Below are positions 1 to 13,650 of a DNA stretch of 64,000 nucleotides, in pieces. How positions within the stretch are numbered: position 1 is the stretch's first letter; every line of letters starts with the position of its first letter. The stretch is from the human T2T-CHM13v2.0 reference genome, Homo sapiens. The position numbers and the translations under genes are program-made. The notes beneath the pieces are model-generated. The model searched no databases. It saw only the letters and a program-made list of their open reading frames with translations, and was not told the origin of the DNA. Location of the stretch: the NCBI RefSeq assembly GCF_009914755.1, contig NC_060944.1. The stretch is one strand, 5' to 3'.

Positions 1-9
1 CCAAGACGT

Positions 10-425
10 ACAAAGCCCTGCCTCATCTAGACCCAGCTCCCCACACCCCCACCCTACCTCATTTCCTACCCATTCTTCTTTCTTATTGACTCCCCTCCAG
101 CCACATTTTCTTCTTAGAATGCTCTTTTCCCTCCTGTGTGTGGCTGGACTCCCTGGTTTCCTTCAGGTCTTAGCCCAAGACACTGGCTCAGTGAGAATTT
201 CTTTTTTCATCATCTTCAAAATAGCAGTCTTCATCCTAGAAACAACTTATCTCCCTTCACTGCTTTGTTTCTCTTCTTCACACCTACTACCACACTCTAG
301 ATTGATAAATAGATAAGATATAGACATACAATGGGAGCAACATGAAAGACAGGATTTTGTTTTACCTATGACTACATTCTCAGCACCAGAACAGTACCAG
401 ATATGCAGCAAGTGCTAAATACTTA
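10..425 (+). mobile_element. L2 LINE 3' fragment (highly diverged)
   Basis: Pyrimidine-rich L2-like body ending in cagcaccagaacagtaccagatatgcagcaagtgctaaatac, which resembles the L2 3' terminus. Confidence 0.6.
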
Positions 426-1029
426 ACTGCGACATCAACAGATAACTGAAAGCACACATATTGCTTACCCTTAAGTCCTTCAGCCTCAGACATCTCTGGC
501 TTCCCATTGTGTTGCTATTTAAGTTTCAACACTCATAGCTAAATGAATGTTGAAGGAGAATTTCATAGGATGGAGTGCCTCATCATTCCGTGGGCACATG
601 GGAAACAAACAGACGGAAAAAGAGGCACTGTGATGAAAGAATTGGTATTGATGTAATTCATTCTCTGACTGCATACCACACAGACACTTTTATAGGGGCA
701 AAACACTCATTTATATCTTAAGGATCTTGTGCGAATGGACTGGACATTCAAGGTGAGTGGTGCCTGAGGGTATGTATTAGAAACACAAACAACATACGGA
801 AATATTCTATGTATGTGCACGTGTGAGGTATACATGCTTCTTCTCCTTTATAAAAGAGAAAAATCCAAGCTGCTTCTGAAATCTGGAGAAGGGGCAGAAT
901 GTCGAGTACATGCATCTTTACATAAATACCCTGAGTGAATTTCCCCTTTGGGTATATGACATCCTTGAGTCAGATCCTTCTGTCAGAGAATGGAAACAAC
1001 CATTTCCAGATTTAGAAATAAATAAATAG

Positions 1030-1200
1030 TAGAGAATAGCAGTTAAGGTCCAAATTAATCCTGTCTCTGCCGCTTTGTGACTTATCCATCCATATGTAGG
1101 AACAATTACAGGTTGTACCTCACGAGTTTAGTGGAAGATAAATGAACTAACTCATTTTCAAGTAAAATACTTGAAAATGTATTGGGCAAATAGTAAGCTT
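1030..1200 (+). mobile_element. MIR SINE
   Basis: aatcctgtctctgcc..tgtgactt..gtacctcacgagtt..aaatgaactaa..gtaaaatacttg..atagtaagct follows the MIR consensus order. Confidence 0.6.
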
Positions 1201-1875
1201 AGGATTAATATTCTCTTTTTAAATTCAGGACTATGAACAATGATCTCAATGATCTCTATGTAAGAAAGTTCTCGTTCATTTTAGATATTACTTGTATTTA
1301 TTTAACAAAATGCCCAAATACTAAAGATGCAGAAGTGAATTCTATAATGCCTTCCCCTAGGAGTGCAAATTCTTTTAATAGAGAAAAGGACAAGTAATTA
1401 TAAATATATACAGCAAAAATTATTGCAGCATTGAAGTCAGATAGGTTAGTTTTAGAATTTGACGTAACATAATCACAATGGAATAGTACCTGCTATCCCC
1501 ACTTTATTCGTTTACATAAATAAAAAGTTTAGTTAAAAATTAAATGATCAAAATAAATATAGGAGACAACACATATTTTAAAGATGACTTAGGAACAGAA
1601 ACAGTAGATAGTTCAAGAAAGATGCATCTAAGCCTACACTGTAAATGAAATGTCAAAGTTAAGAATGAAATGTGACATTGACAAATTAATTTTTAAATGA
1701 GTAAGAAAAGCAATACTTTGAACGAAATTGTGTTTGAGAAAAGATGTCATCATTAGAGTTTTATAGTCATATTTACTTCTCAGCTCATGTAGAAATTAAA
1801 GGATAACAGATTGTAGATCTATAAGCTAAGATCGGAAAATGGAAAGAAGAAATAATTAGTATCCAAAATGAGGTG

Positions 1876-2156
1876 TTTTTTTTTAAGATGGAGTCTCCCT
1901 CTCTCACCAGGCTGGAGTGCAGTGCTTAGCTCACTGCAACCTCTGCCTCCTGGGTTCAAGCGAGTCTCCTGCCTCAGCCTCCCAAGTAGCTGGGATTACA
2001 AGTGCACACCACCACACCCAGCTAATTTTTATATTTTTAGTAGAGACAGCATTTCACCATGTTGGCCAGCATGTTCTCGATCTCCTGACCTTGTGATTCA
2101 CCTGCTTCGGCCTCCCAAAGTGCTGGGATTACAGGCATGAGCCATCGTGCCCAGCC
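1876..2156 (-). mobile_element. Alu (AluSc-like)
   Basis: Full reverse-complement Alu with poly-T at left; 2-bp deletion (gaccttgtgat) and single-C loss (tcaccaggctgg) typical of Sc. Confidence 0.95.
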
Positions 2157-4512
2157 CAGAATGGATTTAAGTGACTCAAATGGAGGCAACAGCATTATTC
2201 TGCTGCTACATTTCAAGGAGCCCCTGAAGACCAGGTGCCTTTCCATTAAAGCAGGGTGAGGGTTTTAAGGGGTAGGGAAATCTGGGTACAGACTCTTCTG
2301 GTTTAGGCTCTGAAAGGAGTTTGCATCTTGATGCATCTCGAAGAGGAACTTGGAATTGAGATATCATCACTGTATTTGTGTCTCTTTGACGGACAATCCC
2401 AGAAAACATCAGAACAGCAATTTCAGAGAACTGTGTTTTCCAACCTTTGGATATGTCAGTCAAAGTCCAACCTTTCACAGGGTGAGAATAAAGTCAGGGA
2501 GATGCCGGAGACCCTCCAGGATGTGTTTTTGTCCATCCCCATTGGCTTCAGTTAGATGTTCCTGAATAAATGGACAGACTAAACTGTTGTCCTTATTCAA
2601 TAAGACAGCGTCTACCCCAAGAAGCTTACAGACAATCTCCAACTGCAGTTGGAGTATGAAATTCCTTCAAAACAATTTGAACGTTGGAGAACTCAGTATC
2701 TCAATTTCCATGTTGAACACAGATTCCAGTAAGGTAACAGATCTTGACTTTCTATTTTCTAAAATAATTTACATTTTGATGGGAGGAGGGGTGATTTTGT
2801 TTAGTTCTGAATGTTGAAAAAATTCAAGATTATATATTACACATAAATCAGTGGCCAATTTCCATGATAAATAATCTGTTAAACATGAAACAAGATGCCA
2901 TTATTTCAAGGGAAATGATATTCCCACCCCAGGGGAAGCTTTTTTTTCCCCCCTCATTTTTTAAATGTCTTACTCAGGTAAAAACAACATTTATTATTAT
3001 AAAAGAGTGATATCATTTTTTATTAGGGCTGTTTAAAGTAGTCTAGATACAAATGATCACTTTGAAAATAAGATACTCTCCCATCTTGAGTTGAAATTTG
3101 CCAGGAAAGTCATTTTATGAGATGATCTATGGAACCATTCTACAAGAATATTTTAAAAATTGTAAAATATTTAGAGTGCAATAAAAATGCAATGTTTTTG
3201 TTGTCTCTCTCATGCTAATTTCTACATTTTTTATATCAAAGAATATTCAATACATCTTGAAACAGGAACTCCCTCACAAAGGTAGGTAGGAGATGCTAGT
3301 AAACCCTGAGGAGAGTTTTAGGGTGGTTGAGCCATTTTGTATGGACCCCTGAAATTTAAAAAGGGCTTGATACATGCCTGGTATCAGAATCAAAGATCAC
3401 TAGCAAGAACAGAGATTTCCAGCTAGTTTTTAAACCCATGCTTCCCTTTGATAAACAGAAAAAAAAAAATTATGTTCTTCTTTAAAGCTGTTGAATTTTT
3501 TAGGATAATCGGTTATGATGATTAAATATGAATGAAAGCAAAGGGACAAAACACTTTATTTCCAAACTCCCAAGACTCTAATCACTCTAAGGGGAATAGG
3601 ACTGGACCTGCCTTACATAGCCCCCTACTCACACAAATTGCTGCTCAAGACGCCATAGACTTATGCATATTCGCCAGCTCTGCGTGCTCCAATGCCCTCA
3701 GCAGTTTGAGGGGACATCAAAACAGGTACAAATTACTGAGACCTGACAGCGGCAATAGGCCACCACATTAAATTCATATGGGTCATCTCCGGCGTATCAT
3801 AATATTCACAGAGAGAAATGAACTCACCCTCACACTTTATTGGAAGCATCCTCCAATCCTTTTACCATCTGCTTTCATAAATGAGTCTGACTCCTTTGAC
3901 TATTTTAGCCTCCACACAAATCAGAACACAGATTATTTTTCAAAACTCTTTGATTATCAGAATCAAACCCATAAAAGTGTTTTAAAAAAATGGGGTGGGG
4001 AGATTAAAGGAGAGAAAGATGGAGTAAAAGTCAATGATGCAGATACTTTAAAATGTGGTTCATTAATTGAAGGTTGAGAGCTCCATGCCTGCCCAAAACC
4101 ATTTCAAGATTGAATCTCCCAACACCCTGATGAGCAGGAGCTCAAGTTTGAGTTTAATTTAATTTAGACAAATATATTGGCATATTTTTTGCTTGTAACT
4201 GAACCTTCTTGAAAATGTAGAGCATTGCATACATTTAAACAATGATAATCAATGATTTAAGGATGTAGTGAAGATGCAAAGGAGGACATTAGGAAATGAG
4301 GAATGAAGCAAAGGGAAGGGCCCATGACCCAGAGAGAAACTGAGGCAACTGTGACAACATAGCTCCTCACAGTGAGGACAATGGAAGCAGAGATGTGGGA
4401 GCTCCCAGGTTCCTGGAGAGAAGCAAATCTATAGCACAGTCACTTTTCTGCTGTAGAGCCGCATCTTACATCAGATAGGCTAACAAAAAACTTACTTAGG
4501 ACCTAAGACAAG

Positions 4513-5072
4513 GGTAGGAGGCAGTTTGAAATGATTCCCAATGGTCCTAGTATCTGGCATTCGTGCGCTTGTGTAATCATCTCCCCTGAGTATAAACTGG
4601 ACCCAGGGACTCACTTCTAATGAAGAAAAGGCAGTGCACATGAAGGACTGTCACTCCTGGGGTTAGATTATAAAAAGATTGTGGCTTGTATCTTGGTGAT
4701 ACTCTCCTGCTCTCTGCCAGTTAAACACTTTGGCAAAGCCACAGCTTATAAACTGCTCGATGGAGAGGCCCATGTGGCAGGGAACTGAAAGAGGCCTCCA
4801 GCCCACAACAAAGAAGGAACTAAGACCTCAGTTCAACAGATCACAAGGAATTGAATTCTGCCCACATGCACTGAGTGAACTTGGAAGGGGATCCTGCCCC
4901 TGTTGAACCACAAGATGATTGTGGCCCCCACTGACACCTTGATGGCAGCCTTGGGAGAGACTGAGACAGAGGACCCAGCTAAACTGCTACCAGATTCCTG
5001 ATGCACAAAACTGTGAGACAAGAAGTTAATTTGGGCAGGTAAATTGCCGCACAGTAATCAGTAACTAAAACA
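4513..5072 (+). mobile_element. MaLR solo LTR, MLT1F/E-like
   Basis: gagaggcccatgtggcagggaactga, ctgacaccttgatggcagccttg, gaggacccagctaa and terminal taactaaaaca. Confidence 0.8.
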
Positions 5073-5127
5073 AGCTTTCCCGTATGCCATTGCTTGTCCA
5101 TACCTCACCTTCACTTTTCCTCTGCAT

Positions 5128-5584
5128 GTTTTGATAGGCTAACAAGTAAGCACTCATCTCTTCCCCGAAGATGTCGACTTCCTAATCCCCAGAACCTGTG
5201 ATTAGAAAGGGGCTTTGAAGATGTGATTAAGGATCCTGCGAGGGGAAAGTTTTCCTGGATGACGTGGGTGGACCCAATGTCATTACAAAGGCCATTAGAG
5301 AGGTAAGGGGGTTGATGTCAGACAAAGAAAATGTGATATGGAAGCAGAAGTTGGAGCCATGCACTTTGAAGATGGAAATAGAGATGCCAGGAGCTAAGGA
5401 ACGCCATCTGCCTTTAGAAGCTGGAAAGGCAAGGACGTCGATTCTCCCCAGAGCCACCCTAATTTTAGCCCCTAAGACCCATTTTGGACTTCTGACCTTG
5501 GAATTTCAAGACAACAAATTTGTGTTGTTTTAAGCTACTTAAATGTGCGGTAATTTGTTACAGCAGAGATAGGAAACTAGTACA
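5128..5584 (+). mobile_element. MaLR solo LTR, MLT1D-like
   Basis: cctaatccccagaacctgtga, tagaagctggaaaggcaagga, ggacttctgacct, terminal ggtaatttgttacagcagagataggaaactagtaca. Confidence 0.85.
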
Positions 5585-6190
5585 TATGAATATATTCTGT
5601 CCTATTATTTTCATTAAATCAGCTCACTTTTTATATACATCTATTGTAAAGAGGCTTTGATACTATGAGTTTGGAGTGCTGATTGTATCCATCCCTCCAC
5701 CATATATTCTGAAAGCAAACAGCCAATGAAATTTAAAGATTTAAAAATGTGCCCCTAACATCATGTTGTGTATAAGAAGTGTGAGGATCTTACTTTAGGA
5801 TGCAGCACAGAAGGAGAAATGCCACATCCAGCCTCTCAGAACTCAGTCCTTTGGGCAGGATAAGGCTTTGTGTGCTCAAGTTCATTTTGGGCTTTGAGTA
5901 CAACAGATTTGGAAGCGGTCACTAACAACTACAAATCCTCCAGCTGAATTTACTTATCTAATTAGGCTTTCAAACTTGAAGACTTCACTGGGTCCCAGTC
6001 TGCTGGCTACATGTAAGACTTCCTCTAGAAGAGCACGGATATTTTTCCCTCATCATGAAATTGACCTACACTGGAATTTTTTGTTTGCTGTCTGTGGACT
6101 CACTTGAAGAGGGAATTGGTGCTCTACTCAAAACCATGGTCCACAGATGAGTGAAATAAACCCATCAGGGCTGGTAGCTTCATCATGGAC

Positions 6191-6421
6191 CAGTGGTTCT
6201 CAACTTGGGGTGATTGGTTCCCCAGGGGACACTTGGAAATGCCTGGAGATTTCCAAGAGTCAAGACTCAAAAATGATACAGACATTTAGTAGGCAGACTC
6301 CAGGGATGCTGCTATCTATCCTACGATGTCATCCCCCCAACTCACACATTCACACATACATAAATACACAACAAATACTTATTCAGCCCCAAATAGCATT
6401 CGTGCTGAGGTTGAGAAACCC
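6191..6421. mobile_element. MER20 (hAT-Charlie MITE)
   Basis: TIR-like ends cagtggttctcaac / gttgagaaaccc; internal ccccaggggacacttgg and ccagggatgctgcta. Confidence 0.8.
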
Positions 6422-7465
6422 GATACAAGCCAATACATATGCTAAGTCTACTAAATTACTAAAAACTCAGGGACAGATGAGATAAGACAACCAGGTCCTC
6501 TGGTATTATTGTAGACTATCCTTTAAAAGCATAAAGGGTTAAATACAAACAGCCCAGGCAATTACGTCAGGACCAGGAAGGTAGAGAGAAGAAAACCCGT
6601 GGCAGGGGAATCGCCACAGAAGCAATAACTTCTCCGCAGTGTCAGGTGCCACTTCGTGTCCCATCAATCTGTTCTTAGCACATCAAAATCAGGGGAGAGG
6701 TAAGTGCAGGGTTAAAGGGAGTGCTAGCTTCACAAGCCCTCCCCATCACTATCATAGCACAAAGTCAGAGACAAAAAGCGAAAAGAGAAGTCTAAACCCC
6801 ATGAAGGCTGACATTTTAAAATAATGAAATAAATGCTATATGAAGCAATGGCAGTCAAACCAAGAATGCTCTTCAGTCAGAATAGAGCTCACAGTAACCA
6901 ATGCTGCAATCCTAACATGGATAGGACAGCAGAGGATATGGGATATCCTGCAACATTTTCAAGAATTAGCAAATAACAAGTGATCAGAGTGCCAGAAAAT
7001 ATATGACTTCCCACAAACCATAAGAAAAACAAATCCCTTGTTCAAATACAGCAATCCTTCCTAAGTAATGGAAGATTACTAGTTCATGAAGAATCAAACT
7101 CTATAAAGAATATATCTGTGACAGCAGTTGGCCCAATACTCCCCAGTTGCATATCTTCTTCCTGTACACACACAAAAGCTAAATTTCCAATTCTCCCATG
7201 CAGTTAAGCTGGAGTCATGTGACTTGATTCTAGACAATGAGATATTAATGGAAGTGATATTCACCATTACAGGCCTAGTCTTAAATGTCCCCTTATGTCT
7301 GGTCACACTCTTTTTCTCCTCTGTAGCAACTAGGAATTCCAAGAGGTAGAGATGTTTTTACCCTTTGAGGGAAAAACATCCAGGAAAGCCTAATGACCTG
7401 CACTTGTCTATAGCATTAGTGATGAAATACATTAAGTGATGAAATACATTATGTTAAGCCACTAA

Positions 7466-7873
<408 letters not shown>

Positions 7874-7939
7874 TAGAGCTTATCTTTTATAGACATCATT
7901 GGCTCTAATATAAGACCTTTGTCATTCAAAGTCTTAACA

Positions 7940-8504
7940 TATTAGTTTCAACTGTTTGAAAGTATATTAACAAATTACTACAAACTAGGCAGCTTAAAAC
8001 AACATGTATTTATTATTTCTAGTTTCGTGGGTCAGAAGTCTGAGCACAGAATGGCTCAGCCAGGCCCACTGCTTAGGTTTCACAAGGGCAAGGTGTTGGC
8101 CATTCTGGGCCAGGCACTGAAGAAGATTCCACTTTCAGACTTATTCTGGCTGTTGGCTGCATTCAGTTCCTTGTGCTTGTGGGACGGAGGTCCATACTCC
8201 TTTCCTGTCAGCTAAAGTCCCACAGTTACACCTGAGGGTGCACACTTCCTCTCATGCTGTGGCAGGTGGAGTTTCTCTCACTTTTCAAGTCTTTCTGACT
8301 TCTTCTGCCATCTAACTGGAAAAAGTTCTCTGCTTTTAAGGGCTCATGTGATTAGATGGAGCCCACCCAGATAATCCAGGACCATCTCCCCTTTTAAGGT
8401 TCAGAACCTCAAAATCTGCAGTAATTTTTGACATGTAACATAACATATTCACAGGCGCTCAGTGCTTAGGGTGTGGACATATTGGGGGTCATTCTGCCTA
8501 CCAC
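7940..8504 (-). mobile_element. MaLR solo LTR, MLT1E-like
   Basis: tattagtttc..aacaaattac..gcttaaaacaaca; attcagttccttgtg; cccacccagataatccagga; terminal attctgcctaccaca. Confidence 0.85.
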
Positions 8505-8546
8505 AAGGAGTGATGCCAAAGTTTCATAACCTGCAGTAAGCTGTCA

Positions 8547-8616
8547 GGTTTTCAGAGGCCCATATTTATGTCATGATCACTGGTTTTCAGAGGCCCATAT
8601 TTATATAATGATCACT
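8547..8616. repeat. 35-bp tandem duplication (2 copies)
   Basis: ggttttcagaggcccatatttatgtcatgatcact / ggttttcagaggcccatatttatataatgatcact, 2 mismatches. Confidence 0.95.
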
Positions 8617-10774
8617 GCTATGCAAGAGCACTTAGCTATGATGGTCCAGGTCAACTACTCAGCATCCTCACATCCAAGCCCATTCCACTTACTTACTGCT
8701 ATTGCTATGTGGTAACTCTCATGAACTGTTCCTATGGGATTTTCCCCTTAGAGATTTGCAAGGATCTGAGATTTACCCATTACCAATGTGAAGAATCAGT
8801 ATTATTATTTTTCACTTGGTTTATGTATACATCATACATATTGTCATTTGTCTAATAAATTACATTTAATTCTCCTTAAGTAGAGAGGGTTTTAGGATTC
8901 TCAATCAATCCTTCTAATTTTCTTTATAAAGTGTCAAGTAAAATAATCTCTTTAAGTATTAATACAAAGCATCTGCAGCAAATATATGGCACACATGTTA
9001 CCTCCACTCCCCCCATACCCAAGGAAGACATTGTTAGTCAATCATGGCACTCTTTTCCAGTGGATGATCAGCTACAGAATCTCTCTGAAATCAGAGTTCC
9101 AGTAAGTCACTACCAATCAAGTGGAGCTAGCAAGACTTTAACACCGGCAACTCAGAGAAAGCTGCCCAGGTAAACAGAATTATGTAAATTGGCAGCCTTT
9201 TCCTACTTGTATTATTTTTAATATTAAATTTTGCAGATTATATACAAGATTTGTTTGTAAGATTTAACTTGTAACCTGCTTAAAGAAAAAAAAATTCTGA
9301 AAACAACCAAATGGGAATTTTTTCTTAAAGTCGAAATCATTTTACTTATTTCAACCTCTCACTCTAATATCCTTGTAAAGTTCACAAAAGCCTCAATTCA
9401 GCCATAGATTCAGAAGCTGGATCACCTCTGAGCTCTACAGAGAACAAACATTCTCTTTGTTTTGGGTGGGGTAGTTTTTCAAGATTTTTAAGGAACATTT
9501 TAAATGGCTCCAAACTTTATATAATAAGCTTTATGATGAAATATCTGGCTGTATTATGGCGCTGACTCTTTTGCCTATTAAATCATATTCTCTTTACTCC
9601 ATACCAGTAAAATGTGGTGCTATGGCTCTCTAACTTTAGCATGGAGAGTTACAAACATGGTTGATCTATTTCTTGCACTTTGAGCAACTGTTCATTATAC
9701 ATCCCTCTGGACATTGCATTTACATGAGTGTTTGTAGCTTTTCTGCTCTCAAGATCAAGATTACATTTGCGAAAGGATAGCAATGTTCTTTCAAGATGCC
9801 TAAACTATACCATTTAGTGATGTACGGATTATCTAGCATTGTTCAGAGGATTCAACAGAGTAGGATGCATTAACCTAAACTCACAGATCGTGACCACAGA
9901 GAGATGGGAGATGTTAATTACCATGACTAGCTTAACCTTGTCCTATCAAACTAATAAGCTGATAAAACCATGGTAACTCCAAGTCCTACTAACAAATTCT
10001 TTATATGCATAATATATTAAAAATTAACGACTCCAGGCTGTCCTCTCTCCTGTCACCATTTGTTTTATAAGGTAATGCCATAGCCTACTGTCGATGGTTC
10101 ATTAATCCACACTCATTAAACCAGTGTGACTTTGAGGGCCATTGAGCATGGTGAATTTGCCCTTCTGCACCAGAATTAAATAAACATCGACACTAAATAA
10201 AACTGCAGTGATCTTCCAAGATCTCTGGTGGAGTAGTTAATAGCCCTTGGAATGTCTCATTTCCTTCTTGACGTGGTATATTATGAACAGCTACCCATTT
10301 GGAGTGCTGTGTAAAATAGAATACAAGCTAGTTTAACACCTAACATTAAATTGTTGGTCTTTTTTTCTTCATTTTATCACTGTCAATGTTCTCATAATTA
10401 TTTCATACAAAGGGAGTCACAGATCTGATAATTCACAGATGGGTCACATAGGAGGTTAAACAATGAAAATCGTATCTATATATATACACTCACACACATA
10501 TATATTATTTATCTGACTCACTAGTGTTTTATAATTTTGTGACTTGGTTGCCAACACTAACAAATATGAAGATTTTATATAAAAATACAAATTCTTTTGA
10601 AGAGTAAGAAGACTGGCAACACTAGACTTGAATCCTGTAACACGGCTAAAGAGGAGACACACACCCTCTCTAGTTTCTTACGGACACAATGGTTTTGCTC
10701 CTTAGCAATGCATACTTAATGCAATTAATGACTTTTATACTTGCTTGTTACCTATACCTAGCCTAAGCCCTTGC

Positions 10775-10907
10775 AGCACACAGTGTGGTCCATGAATGAG
10801 CTGTGTCAACATTGCCTGGGAGATTATTAGACCTGCAGAATCCCAGACTCCATCTCAGACAAGATACCCAGGCATTTCATGTGCCCTTGAAAGTTCAAGA
10901 AGTACTG
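10775..10907. mobile_element. MER5A-like MITE (internally deleted)
   Basis: agtgtggtcc..gcctgggag..ttagacctgcagaatcccag..aaagttcaagaagtactg. Confidence 0.65.
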
Positions 10908-11233
10908 ACAGAGATTCAGGTTCACACAGGATGGAAGGCATATACTCAGTTTTTTGGGGGGTTGTCTTGGCTTCTACTGCCTTTTAGTCTCACTTCCACC
11001 TTCCTCCTCTACATACTTTGCTCTTTGAATTTAATGCTACTATTGATATATTCTAGTCCTCTCCAGTCTCCACTTTTCCTCTACAGACATTCACAGGATA
11101 CTGATACCTAAGGGAGCAAAAACATCCTCATTCTACATTAATAGTGCTATTAAAACTAAGCAAGTTTTCATTAGAATTATAGGATCTCTGGTTCAAATGT
11201 GGCATTGTGAAGGTCTTATAGCCACATGGTTCC

Positions 11234-11693
11234 TGCAGTGGGCTGAATGGTTCCCCTACTCCCCAAGATATATCTATGTCCTAACATTTAGAATGCGTTA
11301 ATATGACCTTTATTGGAAAAAGGGTTATTGCTGATGTAATTAAGAATATAGTGATGAGATCATCCTGAAAAATCTGGGTTGGCCCTAAATCCAATGACAC
11401 GTGTCATTAAAAGAGGCATACAGAGGAGAGACATGGAGGGGAGAAGTAGGCCATGTCAAGACAGAGACAGAGATTAAAGTAATGCAGCCACAAGCCAAGG
11501 AATGCTGACAACCACAAGAAGCTGGAAGAGGCAAGAAACAGAATTGTTCTTAGATCTTTTGGAGAGAGCACAGTCCTGCTAAAACCTTACTTTCAAATTT
11601 CTGGCCTTCAGAACTGTTAGACAATAAATTTCTGTTATTATAAGGCAACTGGTTTATGGTGATTTCTTATGGCAGCCACAGGAAATTAATATA
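11234..11693 (+). mobile_element. MaLR solo LTR, MLT1C/B-like
   Basis: tgcagtgggctgaatgg start, ggccctaaatccaatgaca, gcagccacaagccaaggaatgc, aataaa, terminal ggaaattaatata; TSD gttcc/gttct. Confidence 0.9.
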
Positions 11694-11807
11694 GTTCTCA
11701 AAGCTGGTTGCCTATCAGAATCACCTGGGTGGTATATGAGTGGTGAAAATTGCAGAAGGCAGAGAGTGGAGCTAGGGAGAATTCTTTACAGCTGAGAAAG
11801 AAAAATA

Positions 11808-11950
11808 GCCAGCAGCATTGACATCATCAGGAGCTTCTTAGAAATGAGTTAGACAGAGAGAATCTGAGGCCCCAGACCTACTGAATCAGAAACTGCATTT
11901 TAACAGGATCTCTAAGTGATTCATAGATACATTAATGTTTGAGAAGCCCT
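11808..11950. mobile_element. MER5A MITE
   Basis: ccagcagcat..cagacctactgaatcagaaactgcattttaacaggatc..gtgattc..tttgagaagc. Confidence 0.8.
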
Positions 11951-12994
11951 TCAATTTCAATTAGCAAATTTGGCAGAGTGTCTTCTTGATCCTGTGTTTG
12001 TGTTGATCAGAAGTACAAAGTGTTCCTTCTCCTCTGTCTTGTCTAAGTCTATGAGATAATGTTCGTAAAAACACAAATTCCAGAAGAATTCAGGACAAAA
12101 AGACACGCAAATTCTAACTTAGGGGGCGAGAGCCCTTCCAACTCCTTAATAGGACACTGTGAGAACAAAGCTAGATAATGCACCAAACCAGATGTTTGAA
12201 ACTTGTGAACAAAGGCAAGGGCTGCTAATGCATTCATTTCCACTTACTACCCAGGCAAAAGAAATTTGTGTATTAAAGTGTTTACCTCAAAAGGGGCTTA
12301 ATCTGACAACTGAAAGCAACAAAGTTGGGCGAAATTGCTGCTGAGAATTTGAATGTAAGAAATTCTCACCTAGGTCTCAAAATAATAGCCTATTAAAATC
12401 ACAATGGGAGAGTGGAGGCTCAGGCAAGCTGGACGATTAAACAAAGTCCAGAGCCAGTGGAACGAGGGAGGAATGATGAGGGAATAATGAATACATCTGC
12501 TGATCCTAAATTCGGAAATGCCAACCCTACAAAGCAATGCCTGGAATGAAAGCCTTTATTGTTTCCGGCTCTCCACAAAGCTGGTACTGCCCAGTTTCCA
12601 TGGATAACAGTACAGCTGATAGACTAGGATGGGGAAGGAGGGAGTTTCATACCATCTGCAGATTTTCATGCAATAGAGAAAAGAGGTAACGATGGATGAA
12701 TTAGAAAAATTAGGGAAACGTGAATTGCTCCACCTCAAGGGAACATTTTTGGGTATTTTGAAATCAAAATTTCTATGATGTATGGAGTGAAGGCTTTCTC
12801 ATTTCACTTTATCTAGATGGAGGAAAAGGAAAATATGAGTGAATATTGGAAGAGATTCAGTAATTTAAGTAAGAGAATTTTAAAAAAAGGCCTAGCCAGT
12901 TAGGTTATCCACAGAAATATAGGGACACAGAGGATGAAAGAGAAACCACCAAAAGGTAAAAGCATGAAAAAAAGTGGACAGAATTTAATACTTT

Positions 12995-13180
12995 TGTACC
13001 TACTATGTGGTGAGTATACTTCATATTATCTCATTAATTCATTTAAAATGGGTCAAAATGGATAAATATTATCTCTGTTGTACACATGAGAGAATTGAGG
13101 CTCAGAGAGGTATTGACCAAGTCACACAAATAGCAAATCATGGGGGAAAATGGAAAGGAATAACTCATGTTTCAAGAGTT
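12995..13180 (-). mobile_element. MIR SINE
   Basis: tacctactatgtg..attatctcattaattc..atgagagaattgaggctcagagagg..ccaagtcacaca. Confidence 0.75.
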
Positions 13181-13457
13181 CACAGTATGAGATACTGTGG
13201 GTTACAGTCATTAACTGGTCATTGAAATAGTGATATGTGAAGCAGAATTCAAGTGCATTTGTAAGTGTTATTCAAAACATTCATAATGGCCTATATACTC
13301 TGTGTAAAAAAACATTCATAGGTTTAAATGAACGATAGAGTTATTACAGATGGTTTTTAATCCCTAAGGCACCTGGGAATTAGCATGAATCTGGAAATAT
13401 GTAAATGAAGAGAGCAGCTAAAACTGGCAGAAGAAAATCTGTTTTGCATAATTGAAT

Positions 13458-13650
13458 CTCATTCATTTATTCAACAACTTGTATTGAATGACTATTTTTG
13501 GTTGGCACTTTTAGGCAGTAAGGATGCAAAGGTAAGTTAGACAAGGTCTTCATTCTCTTAGCATTTGCCTTTAGTTGGGAAGGCAGAGGTAATCTGAAAA
13601 TTAGAATTCAATGTGAAAAGTGCTCTACTAGACATAAGAAGCACAAAGCA
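13458..13650 (-). mobile_element. L2 3' end
   Basis: attcatttattcaacaacttgtattgaatgactat..ggcact..taggca..agacaaggtc. Confidence 0.7.

Noticed and set aside
849-856. TATAAAAG box
   Set aside because: Expected by chance in AT-rich DNA; no CpG island or other promoter support.
4513-5584. Two same-orientation LTRs about 55 bp apart, resembling a collapsed provirus
   Set aside because: They are dissimilar MLT1 subfamilies with no internal sequence, so they are independent solo LTRs.
8547-8616. 35-bp direct repeats of CRISPR-like length
   Set aside because: Only two abutting copies with no spacers, in eukaryotic DNA with no cas genes.
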